From assembly GCA_951406725.2 (NCBI GenBank), contig OX597833.1:41602001-41666000 (forward strand): 64,000 bases of DNA, read 5' to 3'. This DNA is from Octopus vulgaris (lineage: Eukaryota). Under the pieces are notes generated by a model that worked only from the letters and a program-made list of their open reading frames with translations, made no database searches and was not told where the DNA came from. Every line of letters begins with the position of its first letter. The first letter of the stretch is position 1. The position numbers were made by a program, and so were the translations under genes. Of this stretch, positions 14,101 to 22,832 are shown in pieces.

Positions 14101-17100
14101 ACATTAACTTGAAGCAGAGACAAGGCTTATCTGAATTATATCGAAACTTAACCAAAATTGGCCTTTCCTACAAAAAGGGCTTGATAAGATCTGAGCAACG
14201 TCACAGTGATGATTTTCTGTATGTTGATCCTGTTGATGTCAAGACTTCTATAGACATGATAGGAACAAGTTCACCCCATTATGCTCCGGTTTTTAAAAGT
14301 ATGTGGCAATCTGGAGAGCAGTATTACTGGAATTGCTTAGCACGACAAGCCCAGCTCAAAGTGATTTTAGAAAACCCAGAAGCAAAAGACTTTGGTTTAA
14401 GTAACGTTGATCGGTGTCGTGGATACAGCGAACATTTAAAACAAATCCTGCTTAACCAACATGCCAAATTGTCTGCTTTCACAAAAAGTTACTGCCAGTA
14501 TCACAAAATGATCCTAGAGATAAAAAATCCAGCTCTACTCAAATCTTCATCTTTTCCATCTCAAGCAGAATTCTCAAAATGGTTAGACACTCTAGAGAAT
14601 GTTTCTGTGAAGTGTTGGCAAGGCCTCAGCCAATTCCAAATGTTACTAAAATGTTGTCCCCAGGCCAATCCTTCTGGAAACACATCATGTGTAACACCAT
14701 TACCTGTGCACATGCTGCCACAGACTGCATTTATGTCCATCAATAACCAAACATGGAATGTGTGTATTGAAAAAATAAATGACATCCTGTCCAAATTGAA
14801 AACTATTCTGAAAAAACCTGTCACTAAACTTAAAACCAAAAGCATTTTCTCCTGGAACGACTTATGTTTCTTAGATGCTGGTTATCTTCGACTTAAGGAG
14901 TCATTGGTACCTTTACAACAAATCAAAAGAATGTTCTTAGAACCAGAATATAATTCTGACAGTTCCTTCAGTGAATCCCTTTCATTTCTCCAGTTAGAAA
15001 TTGAAACCAACACCAATGCATTTTTTATATGGAAACAGAGACAGAGTGACATGAAAACAGAAGTTCTTACAACTATGACACAACAACTCAGTGGTCAAAC
15101 ATCCGACTGTGAAGGTCTTTCTGATGTTAACCAGAAAGACAGAACATTGCCTTTTGACATGTCACTTAATGATTTAACTGACAGTTTTGATAATCTAATC
15201 AAGCAAGTCTTACTTGCTATACAGAAGTTACTGGAAGCCCATAAAAAAACAGCTAAAAGTGATGATCCTCCCAAAGGTAGTGGTGATAAAGAAGGCTCCT
15301 CTCCTGAAACATGTGATAATGATATTGAGATACTTAATGGTCATCTAACACAGTGTCTCCAGCAATCTTTGTTTACTGACATCAAGAATTTAGATTGTGA
15401 CAAAGTTTTCAAAATTATCAAGGAACTACTACAAATCATACAGTCACCCAGTGAACATTTAGCTAAGTTCAGTCAGCAACAAATGGCTTCTGAGTTATCA
15501 ATGAAATCCATTTGGTTGAAATGCTTTGTCGGCTGTCTTCCTTTGCTTGAGTTGTTTGAATGTTTATTGGAGAATTATCTGCTGTACCTGTTGGTTGCAT
15601 ACCGAACAACAGCCAAGTTGTATTCTGAACTCTTGACTCATTTCATTGAACTTGCAACAAAAGGGTTCTTTATCCTGCCTGAATTGTCAGATGAAACACA
15701 AGAAGGCGCTACTCAGTTTGAGGATAAAGAAGATGCAGGGATGGGTGAAGGTGAAGGAGTGAAAGATGTATCTGACCAGATAGAGGATGAAAACCAATTG
15801 GAAGATGTTCATCATAAAGACAAGCAGAAACCTGATGAGCCTGAAAACCAGCCAGATATAGCATCAGAGGATAACGCAATTGAAATGTCTGAAGATTTTG
15901 ATGGCAAAATTCATGATCCAGATGAAGAAGTTGATGAAAATGATTCTGAAAATGAAAATGAAGATGAAGAAGATATTGACAAGCAAATGGGAGATGTCGA
16001 AAGCAAAGGATCTGATAAACTTGATGAGCAACTTTGGGGATCTGATGAAGAAGATGAAGAAACTCCAATGGAAGAAGAGAAAGAAAGTGGTACTGGTGCT
16101 GGCCAAGAAGAGGAAAAACAGATTGTTGCCAAAAATGAGAATGAAGTAAAAGCAGAAGAGAAAAAGAATAAAGATGAAGGAAAGGAGGAGGAGGAGGAGG
16201 AAGAAGGGAAAGAAAATCCAGAAGATAAGAAAGAGGATAAAGTGAATGAACCTGAAGCAATGGATGAAAGTGAATGTAATGATAAAGTTGACCCCTATCA
16301 TGGTAAACCTCAACAAGAAGAGACTGCTGAGAATCTGGAACTACCAGAAGATTTGAAATTGGATGAGGCTGAAAATGATAAAGAGAAAGAGGAAAAGATG
16401 GATACATCATTGCAGGAAGATGAAGAGAAAGATAAAGACCCAACTGAAGACAAAGAGACTGCATCTATGGATGAAGAATCTGAAACACAGGAAAGAGAAG
16501 CAGAAAAGGATAAAAAGGCTGATGAGATGGAGGAAGAAGATGGTTCTGGGAATGAAGGAAAATCAAAAGAGGATCCTACTGCACCTCCGGAATCAGTTGA
16601 AGAAGATGAGGGTGTAGAGGAAGAGGAGGAAGGTGTTAAAGACAATAAGGCAGATATGAGCGATGCGGAAGATGAAGAATCAGAGAAAACTAAAAACATA
16701 GATGACATACCTGCAGTTGTAGAGTTAAAAGAGGAGACCAAGGATGAGAGTGGAGAAGACGATGATAGTGAAGCTGTCAAGGATGCTTCTAAGTTTTATG
16801 GCATGACTGATGATCAGAACCAAAAGGCTGAATGTGAATTTGCATTGGACACAGGAGGTGATAATGAGAAAGAGAAAGACAGAAAACAACAAACAGATGG
16901 TGCCAATACGGCACCAAGTGATGCTGAGGCCTATCACAGTAAGACATCTACTGAAATTAGTCATGGAACAAATGAGGATGATAGCCAGAAACCCCAGACC
17001 CGAAAGCCTGGTATGACCGATGACAATCGCAGTCTTGGAATGCAAGACAAACCCCACCAAAGACATGCTAGAACTATTGAAGAGATTCATCACGATACTG

Positions 17101-18551
17101 GAATGGAGGAAGAGGTGGAGAAGCCAAAAGATGAAAAGGCAGATCTGTATCAACATGTAACTGAATCAACATCACATTACGATCAACAGATAATGGATGT
17201 AGCGACTGAGGATCAGCAGAAAGCTTGTGCTGCTGATTATGATGAGGATGATGATGAAGACGATGATGATATCGAGTCCATCAAAGATTCAGATGCTTCA
17301 TATTATGAAGAAGAAGACTTTGACGAAGATGAGGATGATGAGGATGACGACGACGTGGAGATGATTGAATCAAACATTGTTAAGAACAGTGTACAGCCGA
17401 ATGTAATTGAAGAATATGTTCTAGACGATGACGATGATGAAGATGCTCTTGTTGAGGGCGATGAGTCACAAGTACAGGATAATTCTATAGAAATACCTGG
17501 GTCAAAGATAGTAACAGAAGGCGCCAGCAGACCTCCTGAATCTTCAATACACACTGTGATCAAGTATTTGGACAAAGAGGATATTGTTGATATGGAAGAA
17601 CTGAGGGCAGAGATTGAAGAACAATTGTCTATTTGGTCAGCCAATCAGCATTATGGCAATGTAGTTGATTTTGAACGACAAGCTAGTGATTTATGGCAGA
17701 TGTATGAGCAAATGACAAATGCTCTCGCACAGGAACTATGTGAACAACTCCGCTTGGTTCTTGAGCCATCACAAGCTACAAAACTAAAGGGTGACTATCG
17801 AACTGGCAAACGAATTAACATGAAGAAAGTAATACCTTATATTGCCAGTCAGTTCCGTAAAGACAAAATCTGGTTGAGACGCACGAAACCAAGTAAACGT
17901 CAGTACCAAATTATGTTAGCAATTGATGATTCTTCCAGCATGATAGACAACCATTCCAAGCAGCTTGCATTTGAGTCATTAGCAGTTATTGCTAATGGTT
18001 TGAGTCTTCTAGAAACTGGTGAACTTGCCATTTGTAGCTTTGGGGAAAGCATGCAAGTTATTCACTCGTTTGGTGAACAGTTCTCCTGCCATTCAGGAGC
18101 TCGACTCCTTCAGCATTTTACTTTCACACAAAAGAAGACAAATATTGCTTTGCTCTTGCAGCAAGCTTCTGCATTGATGATGGAAAGCCGTCAGCATTAC
18201 CGTTCTGCTCTATCGGGTCCTGATTTCTCTCAACTGTTGCTGATAGTTTCTGATGGTAGAGGTCTTTTTTCAGAAGGCATGGACTATGTGAAATCTGCTG
18301 TGCGGCAAGCACAAACAGCTAATCTTTTTGTTGTGTTTGTTATACTGGACAATCCGATAAACAGAGATTCCATCCTTGATATTAGGATTCCTGTTTTTAA
18401 GGCATCTGGCCAGTTGCCAGAGATCAAATCTTACATGGACCATTTTCCCTTCCCATTTTACATCATTCTGCGTGACATTGACTCTTTGCCACAGACTCTT
18501 AGTGAAGCTCTCCGGCAGTGGTTTGAACTGGTTACTGCAGAGACACAGTGA
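2190..18551 (+). CDS. MDN1: Midasin (Rea1) AAA+ ATPase, pre-60S ribosome maturation factor; single coding exon, 5453 aa
   Basis: Six AAA modules (Walker A GPVGCGKT, GETGTGKT, GETSVGKT, GDTGCGKT, GSPGVGKT, GSQNSGKT; Walker B LLEDID, LLDEIN, ILDELN, LVDEIS, ILDELN, LVENVN), long helical linker, D/E-rich region, and C-terminal MIDAS/VWA (LKGDYRTGKRINMKKVIPYIASQFRKDKIWLRR, IDDSSSM, IVSDGRG, LRQWFE). An in-frame stop lies upstream at 2106-2108. Confidence 0.98.
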   Translation: MANPLADLVLQLCKRNQYCSSKFQELQHKEEWTTSNKQEVLALLAELFLHPTCTEDVTYCSSTILLDLVERVKSMVVSSESSQTTSLHQTFCIALSKAVSTCPSLKKFFILYLKNSSPFLYSEQDVTEPASKKMRLEYSQLSLSDSHPLELVQTAYRCVVIFGRESESVISPEHLLPFLSNANKDVQWFTVQTLATLLQMSARQRDTLMKRYFQREEMVQLMLRYRKLLLWPETNVNDNRVNDKQLKTATYLAENKLLDSHVVSVSGILLPKILRKPRGMESELVSVPTTDKNLQHLGHEVNLGCPVLLQGPVGCGKTCLVECLAQMTGRRKSSHLLKLQLGDQTDSRALLGIYQCTDVPGEFVWQPGILTRAVSEGYWVLLEDIDHAPMDVISLLLPLLENKALMIPSRGQKITASPGFQLFATYRTLPGTGSYISSYSSAMSALLEKNWTKLNLDPLSKDELYEIISQKYPALHSIIDRLLEIYFLLSRGEHVGMMEVDDDNKFNSKFFSHDKRLISTRDLLNWCKRIACYDLTSSAISQLVFQETLDCFCFSISCPKRRLQLAEAIGAKLNITKSKAEYYCMKYKPNVQISTYEFLVGRVILPKIKHSTKPIESSHHRLFSFTRQSSALLEKVAACVQNNDPVLLVGETGTGKTSTIQYLANQLGHNLQVINMNQQSDSTDLLGGFKPVDLKLVVKPFKDSFEELFCKTFSRKQNVVFLTHIENCYCKKSWRDMFTLMEHTIKSAIKNQTENSEMWMLWKTQDKKLKQLRLQVQKTESTLAFTFIEGTLVKALKKGDWILLDEINLATTETLECLSSLLESKSGSVVLSERGDLEPVIRHSNFRLFACMNPATDVGKKALTPSVRNRFMEFYVDELNDVQDLKVLVNDYLSGLSLSPSQIDGLVNFYMQVRVLATKQLTDGTGHKPHYSLRTFCRALMCASFNPGGVINRTLYESLCMSFLTQLDRSSYPLVEQLVCRLLLQKADINSLLKRPIPEPTISKHLQFEGYWIPVGSCEPQVPEKYILTPSVRANLKDLARVVSIGRHPVLLQGETSVGKTSLVQWLATSTGHRCVRINNHEHTDLQEYIGSYAADETGKLAFKEGVLVEAMRQGYWIILDELNLAPTDVLEALNRLLDDNRELFIPETQEMVKAHPKFMLFATQNPPGHYGGRKALSRAFRNRFVELHFDEIPSDELETILSQRCDIPLSYAKKLVKVMLELQTRRSSSAVFAGKQGLMTLRDLFRWANRYHCPVADESNYDWNQHMADHGYMLIGGKMRKPEEEDIVRDILQKFFRRKVCPDSLFNLSSETSITTMAMLKRLTSDTLDNFMHIFWTCNMQRLAVLVNQALQYKEPVLLVGDTGCGKTTVCQMYAAMEGKELYSINCHSNTEGSDFLGGLRPVRNSNNMETEENDDNQHVNKLFEWVDGPLVQAMQTSSPFLVDEISLAEDSVLERLNSVLEPERTLLLSEKGSGDAVENKVPLITAKEDFRVLATMNPGGDFGKKELSPALRNRFTEIWCPQVASPGDMVSIIQHNLQPSIRFSDRSSEGDTEDDEMDIANAIMTFVEWFTCTDFGKKCVVSIRDLLCWVDFLNTCSLSYEDDDDELMEISKVDTSVAYVHGACLVFLDSLGTGTTARVNREVEIQNFKEECLQFLLWQVNNSSTQKLTMETLELFDKRPTGYSSEIAICSDTHFTIPPFSIPRADSQRFQSEKYAFNAPTTCMNAQRILRALQLPRPILLEGSPGVGKTSLVAAIAEAAGQELVRINLSEQTDVSDLFGADLPVEGEGSGLFSWRDGPLLQALKSGQWIILDELNLASQSVLEGLNACLDHRGEVFIPELGKTFYIQQASTRIFACQNPYHQGGGRKGLPRSFLNRFTKVFIDALNRGDLQLIATTMYPSIPEKLLSNMVHFNMKMQTEVVSLHSWGQKGGPWEFNLRDLFRWCELLIDNQSPDSFDPGEYLNLIYADRMQTKLDRDKVIELYQQTFSCLAPIYRPSGHFSLSLDWVQCGHSFLQRHQEYSINIESSKNLKLLPQMLPVLESLMKCVQMNWMTILIGSQNSGKTSTVQMLAELTGNRLQVLPMNSAMDTTELLGGFEQVDIGCHIEEIATRVKQAIDHSSRKQLALGHFTDVENNIAYLYHSWHKYCCFVPNKGSSMSSANELSLMKKQIKELDIIIGQLLNLNREDSNELLEMDSQLTTLSQSLERIENTSNSNTFEWINSTLVRALQSGDWLLVENVNFCNPSVLDRLNALLEPSGVLTVSERGVIDGEVPEIAPHSNFRLFFTMDPKYGNISRAMRNRGVEIYILEDPACVENLNSEFSLCNSDGSIRTSRAQFPTASLPLIQQYCSYPLLTHAQHLVSVYIEVLRQVLSSAYCCPNVSSSRWPLANFIQLVTNHVHGQNWKLCSELISPLLTEVQLEVNCSDLSTYGGWKFVCGQHDLPELTQVTLIALFGHPLKDILLNCLSSMKTCNNGAEILMRGPYDFQWNKQALYKMMSVCNAESTSTISLLEQLTGVINRIKLSQVLTVEWQLSQEKYKKWEALCEGTQNIASENSAHLKVFVYIDNILVGLRQELRAAFSEQGDCSDKQFYQIYCGLPWLNRLLDVALLHWERELSPPSAANLSLVWNWTFSKLLMPLISHNSPVKLSDKIDKVINHLHDLLSDRKSSSKLLKKILASWGNPTPFFSKWEYLQWQKLQCLAEKIDIFAEDKIKQITLSQTDLLKLNRANITEQFVELITQLNSRMKSTENQQMFESLLDNLELKINSVHSPDSSEQDSECQGSTSVQTLDNDQRLWPLYEHTVLAVERRILNFLLEQHEPELVTWLPPFIEFMKQHLVVSPLNLAEYRKLLSSLGQGNSKSFYSTILSSYFQHWWKNSINGLSLDDFKLSERILGPGIAISSCLVEVIHSLISSHQLKSYGSSNYRFSTDNCVLLPQVAIGHHKNEAQLFAKIRSHLWVHTASLSSLQFNGRNIERKNILESLQHTLMAIGFTLPQFCESDVPDLHLMNNKSTHINTFLSHMKDCCYFDEIVVKLTERAINCVQDMFLDANESNTSAMSIGTALVLVGLLQSYLLGPCGHLDPVERDKLKLSHLQEDLEMINLELKMENLFNELMNGQSFLDLCHNQLHPQIIWLMEYREKLTNKVHGLLSRTAYRPDISSFPMIKQEYANYHMAAGSHELILTFLHKAKTMSEEHFESNEVSRLLQELESWQKTVHNFVQKMQINFPVYRDILTPFYSSLYQMSHGFALIMQSLQTTCCRQKLAKLCNLSNETEFSWLENLCVCMAKFPSCSRNYPNFLELATALTSDLTLQLSHAVVSSQTKTDDSKSISRTNQEIHSQLLLSGLCHLKNHVLTAQELSSPVLDRFASILRLFVSSWHKQQEEQKRLEQERDSLYRFKTIHHDSSPNDERLNEIDFKKRFPNYQNDFIDFIPSNLLDESSNNVGNKSGGDNSAADTDEDEPLSLLITKEEMKEICTIHHQIFTNYTKNSHWIAPGSPEQYDPGVGVDLLKPFLLNYKTAMSLSSYLKACLHEGYDMQVVGGHLLVVAALEEVINHNETTKLGVVKEPAPERYYDVYQDANISEIVQAEPVLRRLLQRLSQLLEEWPDHPTLRQLETISKRILTFPLTSPIMKILSGLELLLYKAQDWESVAAKHVSLETELHDISNLIVDWRKFELSYWKNSLDITSHEVEIEACQWWFHLYQLVISFVTPETDDVDKSKPVSDIEKEIIASLKLFLENSSLGEFKARLQIVYAFHCQLINMDTSPQQQLMCRLLWNIHEFYKQFLPFVEADIEQKRVPIEKELKGFVKIARWNDINYWALKQDTDKTHRTVHKHIRSFKKILHESVKTVLASNKSLINTDTNNEDLSAEVWMRPIALTEDKCANKEFEICLPLAPENSLMSRLTHLMPRACKHYHDLEKKTPYLKLLLAFDEFTCEVIEGIEERSRLHVSPSLEIEKQKKQAKHINLKQRQGLSELYRNLTKIGLSYKKGLIRSEQRHSDDFLYVDPVDVKTSIDMIGTSSPHYAPVFKSMWQSGEQYYWNCLARQAQLKVILENPEAKDFGLSNVDRCRGYSEHLKQILLNQHAKLSAFTKSYCQYHKMILEIKNPALLKSSSFPSQAEFSKWLDTLENVSVKCWQGLSQFQMLLKCCPQANPSGNTSCVTPLPVHMLPQTAFMSINNQTWNVCIEKINDILSKLKTILKKPVTKLKTKSIFSWNDLCFLDAGYLRLKESLVPLQQIKRMFLEPEYNSDSSFSESLSFLQLEIETNTNAFFIWKQRQSDMKTEVLTTMTQQLSGQTSDCEGLSDVNQKDRTLPFDMSLNDLTDSFDNLIKQVLLAIQKLLEAHKKTAKSDDPPKGSGDKEGSSPETCDNDIEILNGHLTQCLQQSLFTDIKNLDCDKVFKIIKELLQIIQSPSEHLAKFSQQQMASELSMKSIWLKCFVGCLPLLELFECLLENYLLYLLVAYRTTAKLYSELLTHFIELATKGFFILPELSDETQEGATQFEDKEDAGMGEGEGVKDVSDQIEDENQLEDVHHKDKQKPDEPENQPDIASEDNAIEMSEDFDGKIHDPDEEVDENDSENENEDEEDIDKQMGDVESKGSDKLDEQLWGSDEEDEETPMEEEKESGTGAGQEEEKQIVAKNENEVKAEEKKNKDEGKEEEEEEEGKENPEDKKEDKVNEPEAMDESECNDKVDPYHGKPQQEETAENLELPEDLKLDEAENDKEKEEKMDTSLQEDEEKDKDPTEDKETASMDEESETQEREAEKDKKADEMEEEDGSGNEGKSKEDPTAPPESVEEDEGVEEEEEGVKDNKADMSDAEDEESEKTKNIDDIPAVVELKEETKDESGEDDDSEAVKDASKFYGMTDDQNQKAECEFALDTGGDNEKEKDRKQQTDGANTAPSDAEAYHSKTSTEISHGTNEDDSQKPQTRKPGMTDDNRSLGMQDKPHQRHARTIEEIHHDTGMEEEVEKPKDEKADLYQHVTESTSHYDQQIMDVATEDQQKACAADYDEDDDEDDDDIESIKDSDASYYEEEDFDEDEDDEDDDDVEMIESNIVKNSVQPNVIEEYVLDDDDDEDALVEGDESQVQDNSIEIPGSKIVTEGASRPPESSIHTVIKYLDKEDIVDMEELRAEIEEQLSIWSANQHYGNVVDFERQASDLWQMYEQMTNALAQELCEQLRLVLEPSQATKLKGDYRTGKRINMKKVIPYIASQFRKDKIWLRRTKPSKRQYQIMLAIDDSSSMIDNHSKQLAFESLAVIANGLSLLETGELAICSFGESMQVIHSFGEQFSCHSGARLLQHFTFTQKKTNIALLLQQASALMMESRQHYRSALSGPDFSQLLLIVSDGRGLFSEGMDYVKSAVRQAQTANLFVVFVILDNPINRDSILDIRIPVFKASGQLPEIKSYMDHFPFPFYIILRDIDSLPQTLSEALRQWFELVTAETQ

Positions 18552-18730
18552 GGTGAAGTTTCTGTTGTTGTCACACAAATATAAAGACATATGGCAACAT
18601 TGTTGCAAGATTTATAGAACTGTATTATTTGTGATTGGATTATTCTTCAAATCTTGCTATTCATGTTTTTTTGGTTCTTATTCATCTTTTTTTTTTTTAT
18701 ATATATATTTTGTGTCAATCAAGCAAAGCC

Positions 18731-18736
18731 AATAAA
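18731..18736 (+). terminator. Candidate polyadenylation signal for MDN1
   Basis: AATAAA 180 nt after the stop codon, followed by T/GT-rich sequence. Another AATAAA at 20403-20408. Confidence 0.45.
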
Positions 18737-21700
18737 AGCTATTTTGCTTATTAATATTGACATTATCATTAGCTGCTAATATGTCATCATTTTGTATTCA
18801 GTCCTTTTCATTTTGTGCTCATCTTTGGCACTGTATTTCATCAATGAATCATTAAAATATTTACAAAGTATTGTCTTTATGCTGGTATTTCTGTTTTATG
18901 ACACTGTTATTTCTGTTTTGTTTCCTATCAGTATCAGAGGAGAGAACAAGCAAACATATTTCGTCAACATGCAGTGATGTCAGCATTTGACTGGTTTTGA
19001 AAATACATGAGGTTTTCAGATTAGACAGCACTTTTTAGGTTGGGGAAAATACAGTTTTGACAATGTCAGACTAACAGTTTATAATCAAGGTTACTCATTA
19101 TGTTGGAAACAATTTTTGATCGGTTGTGGTAAATTATGGAAATCAAATTTTAGGAGTATTTGCATCAGGTTCAGATGCAAAATATACTAATTGCTGTAGT
19201 GTACATCAAAGGAGAAAAACCTTTTTTCTATGAGAATAGTGTGTTCAACGCGTTAGACTCATTGATGCAGAGAATTCAAGGACACCAGTGTTTCAACATG
19301 TGCCTTTTCAGCTAGAAGTACAATGCACCTTTGAGTCTAGCCAAGCAGCTGGCCTATATTTATACTTTCAAAGAAGAAAGTGTTTGCTGATCAGAGCTTA
19401 TATCTCCCAACCAATTTAGAATTGTTATTTGCATATTCTTCATATATCCAGGTAATTCCAGATGCCAAATATGCTAGTTTCTGTAGTGTATGTCAAACGC
19501 AAAAAAATTTCCCTATTCTGTGTTGATAATGTGTTCCATACACACTCAACTCAGTGGTGCAAAGGGTTCTGGGACACTGGGGTTTTGCTGTGTCTCAGTA
19601 GCCAGAAATTTTAGAAGATGAAAGTGGAATTGTCTTCATATTTTATACCAAACGAGTTTTGCTTATATGATATGCCAATAGTTTATGTCACTTTAAGGAA
19701 ATCTAACCAGTTCAGACAGTGCCTAGTTTCTTCAAATAATGAGCTTTGCCAGAAATGTTTTCTTAATTTTTGTGACACACCAGCATCATGATTTGAGTAC
19801 ACAGACTCTATCTACAGTATATTAATAGTTTCTGATGTTGCTGTTACTTTACATTTTCATAATCCAAATTTATTAATTCATAGCTTGTTTAAAATCTTTA
19901 TACATTTCTTTTAATTCTAATCATTTAAAAGTTGACTGTTAGTCTCTGTAATACTAACTAAACTCTTGATTAAGGTGGGAAGGTGTTTCATACCTGGGCC
20001 ATCTCTGATTGGGTGGACTCTGATGAGTGTTCTTACCACAACTATGATGTCTTAGTTTTCAGACTGCACTACACAATACTATGAATGTGTCCTTCATTTT
20101 TAATACAGATTTGTCTACTATTTGTGGCAGTATGGTTAACCATGCAGAGCAGTATTGGATCCATCTGGTAAAATTTCATCTGCATTTAAATTTGAAATTG
20201 ACTGCTGATGAAATCTGTAAAACCTATATGTAAAAAACACACCAAATTGTACACTTGTTATTTTGTAAATTTGAAGATTATTTTCTCAGCATAGATTTAC
20301 CCTCACAGGTTCTTGTGCACTTGGAATTTGTCCCCTCCACTAAAGTTTACCTACTTTACTCATACAAACACTCCTTGTTTTTGTTTTACATTTTGGTACA
20401 ATAATAAAAATCTGGTAGCATTCCATGTCTCCTGCAAAAATTGAACCTCATCATTCACGGGCCCTGTTTGGCACTACAGCTTGGCTTTTTTTGCCTTTAG
20501 TTCTTTCTATGTTACAAGCATTCAGACTAGGTTCCTTGTCTGAGAAATTTGTTCCCTTGTTAGTGGATACATATGCTGAATTAACTTTGTAACTGCTATT
20601 CATATTTGGCGCAACAAAATATTTGTTCTTCAGAATTGTGAGATTTGAGACAACTCCATATTCTTTTTGTTCTTTTCATGTTTTTACATTTAGTTTGACC
20701 CTTTTGAAAGGTGTTGCTGTGTGATAAGAAATTTGCTTCCTTACCTCATGGTTTCAGAGTCAGTGCACTGCATGATACATTGGGCAAGTGTCGTTTACTG
20801 TAGCCTCAGGTCAACCAAAGCATTGTGAGTGGATTTGGTGAACAGAAACTGAAAGAAGCCTGTTTGTGTTATTGTCTCTGTTTTGAATTTGCATGATAAT
20901 TGTAAATGTCATGCAAGCAATGTCCTTTGTTTACAATTTGTGTAAACATGTCTAGTTTTGGGGAAGTATTACCGTATTTGGAAACAGGTGATGGTTGACA
21001 ACATGAAGGACATTCAGGTATAGAAAGATCAACCTCAAATTCCATGTGTGTATGGAAAAGTGGATGTTAAACTGATGATGGTTGTAATAGTGAATATCAC
21101 AATGAAAGGCATAACATTTGGAATCTATTAGCCTTATCTGTGGCCATACACATTTAACCCTGTAGCATTCAGATTTCTCTGTTGAATGGAATGCTTATTT
21201 ATTCACATTGATATGAATTAGCCATGCATTACCTTGTAGCTTTCATGACTCCAAATTAATGAAATACCAGTTAACTCTGATTTTGTAACAATATGAGAAA
21301 TCAACATTATGTAATAAACATATGTCTAGAATTACATTATCTAATGTTGACCTGTGATTTGAAGGAGGTTTTGTTGCTGCTGTTTTTAGACAGTTGAGTA
21401 GCCATATAGAGACTTGCATTAATTGGGGCTCCTAGGCAACAGAAAGGATCAAATACACCTAGCAAGCCATTTCAGCAGTTGATGGTGTATCCACTGCATT
21501 TATATGTTATGACATTTGAAATCTTGTTTCATCATTAATCTACTGCCCGAGTATCCTTTTGACATCTGTATCCCTACTCTGTTTTTATTCAATTCTGTGT
21601 ACTGCCTTCATAAAAGCTAAGCTATGCAACCTAACAACAAAAATAATGTTATTGTGCAGTAACAATAAAATGACATACTAAACTTCAGTTTATATAGAAA

Positions 21701-21853
21701 TAAGACTGTCTCCACATTTTCCATGTCACTTTTTTCACTCATAACAAACACAACAGAACAGCTGTGCAATTGAAAACAAATCAACTTTTGCTAGCTCCAT
21801 GATAGTAGTGAAATATAGCAGTCAGTCTGAGAGGAATGCCAAATATGCTTTTA

Positions 21854-22245
21854 CGAGCAAAACGCCGCCCCCCCCCCCCTCCAATGGACGGTGCTGAGCT
21901 GTCAAACATTTAAACCAAATTTTCTCAAAACAACTTGTCTGACCATCCCATTTTGTGGCATTATTTCAAGCCAGCCGGCTTTTTTGTGCAAACTGCACGT
22001 ACATTTTTCTTGTGTATGCAGAGTATTGATCGCAACAGCTGATGTACATGCGCTTACAAATGCACGTTCCCACGGCTTTATCGATTGCATTCTCACCTGG
22101 AATCGATTTTTGTAATTTCTTCAAGACTTATACACGCACTGATATCGTCAGTATCTACATATCAAATTTGAGCGCAATCGGATGGAGGATGCCCTAGACC
22201 CTAGAAGACACACACAAACAAATAGAACGGATTTTATATAATAGA
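21854..22245 (-). mobile_element. Non-autonomous Helitron (probable)
   Basis: On the minus strand it begins A|TCTATTATATAAAATCCG and ends in a GC-rich stretch then CTCG|T (a CTAG variant). CpG-rich relative to flanks. Confidence 0.55.
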
Positions 22246-22622
22246 TATGTTACAGTTGAAATAGGAATGAGTCACAGGTATAGCTGTGTGGTTAAGAAGC
22301 TTGTTTGTTAATCATGTGGTCTCAGTTTCAGTCCATTTGTGTGGTAATTAGGACTGACCAAAGCCTTGTGAGTGAATTTAGGACACAGTAACTGAAAGAA
22401 ACCCATTGTGTGTATATATGTGTGTACCTTTGTCTCGATATGGTTGTAAGCAAGTATCATAATCATACAAGTAATTTTGTCCATTTCCATGTCTGGCTGT
22501 AGGGAAACATTGCTTTACTTGCAAATAGGTGAGGGTTGGTGACAGGAAAGGCAGCCAACTGTAGAAAATGTGCCTCCACAAATTCCATCTGATCCATGCA
22601 ATCATGGAAAAATGAAAATTAA

Positions 22623-22832
22623 CCCTTTTGTTACTGTATTTATTTTGAGATGCTCTGTATTTCTTTCAGCTATTTTAAATATAACAAAGAATTTAGTAAA
22701 ATAACTTAGTTATCATTAAGCTAGTGTTAGGAATGTAAATTGTGACTAAGGCTTGGTGGAATATTTTAATTCAAAACTTATGAAAACAAAACATTTTAGC
22801 ACAGAGCCAGAGCCGGGTTAGTAACAAAATGG
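22623..22832. mobile_element. piggyBac-type MITE, family A
   Basis: TTAA-CCCTTTTGTTAC start; near-identical to copies at 33229, 37350 and 41511; right end degraded. Confidence 0.75.

Noticed and set aside
15709-17644. Long antisense and alternate-frame ORFs (Ser-, Leu- or Phe-rich) over the MDN1 acidic region
   Set aside because: Shadow ORFs caused by GAA/GAT codon bias in the D/E-rich tail; no independent coding signal.
21863-21880. Poly-C tract and CpG-rich patch as an NSUN2 promoter or G-quadruplex
   Set aside because: Lies at the 3' end of a probable Helitron; no downstream ATG exon with a suitable donor found.
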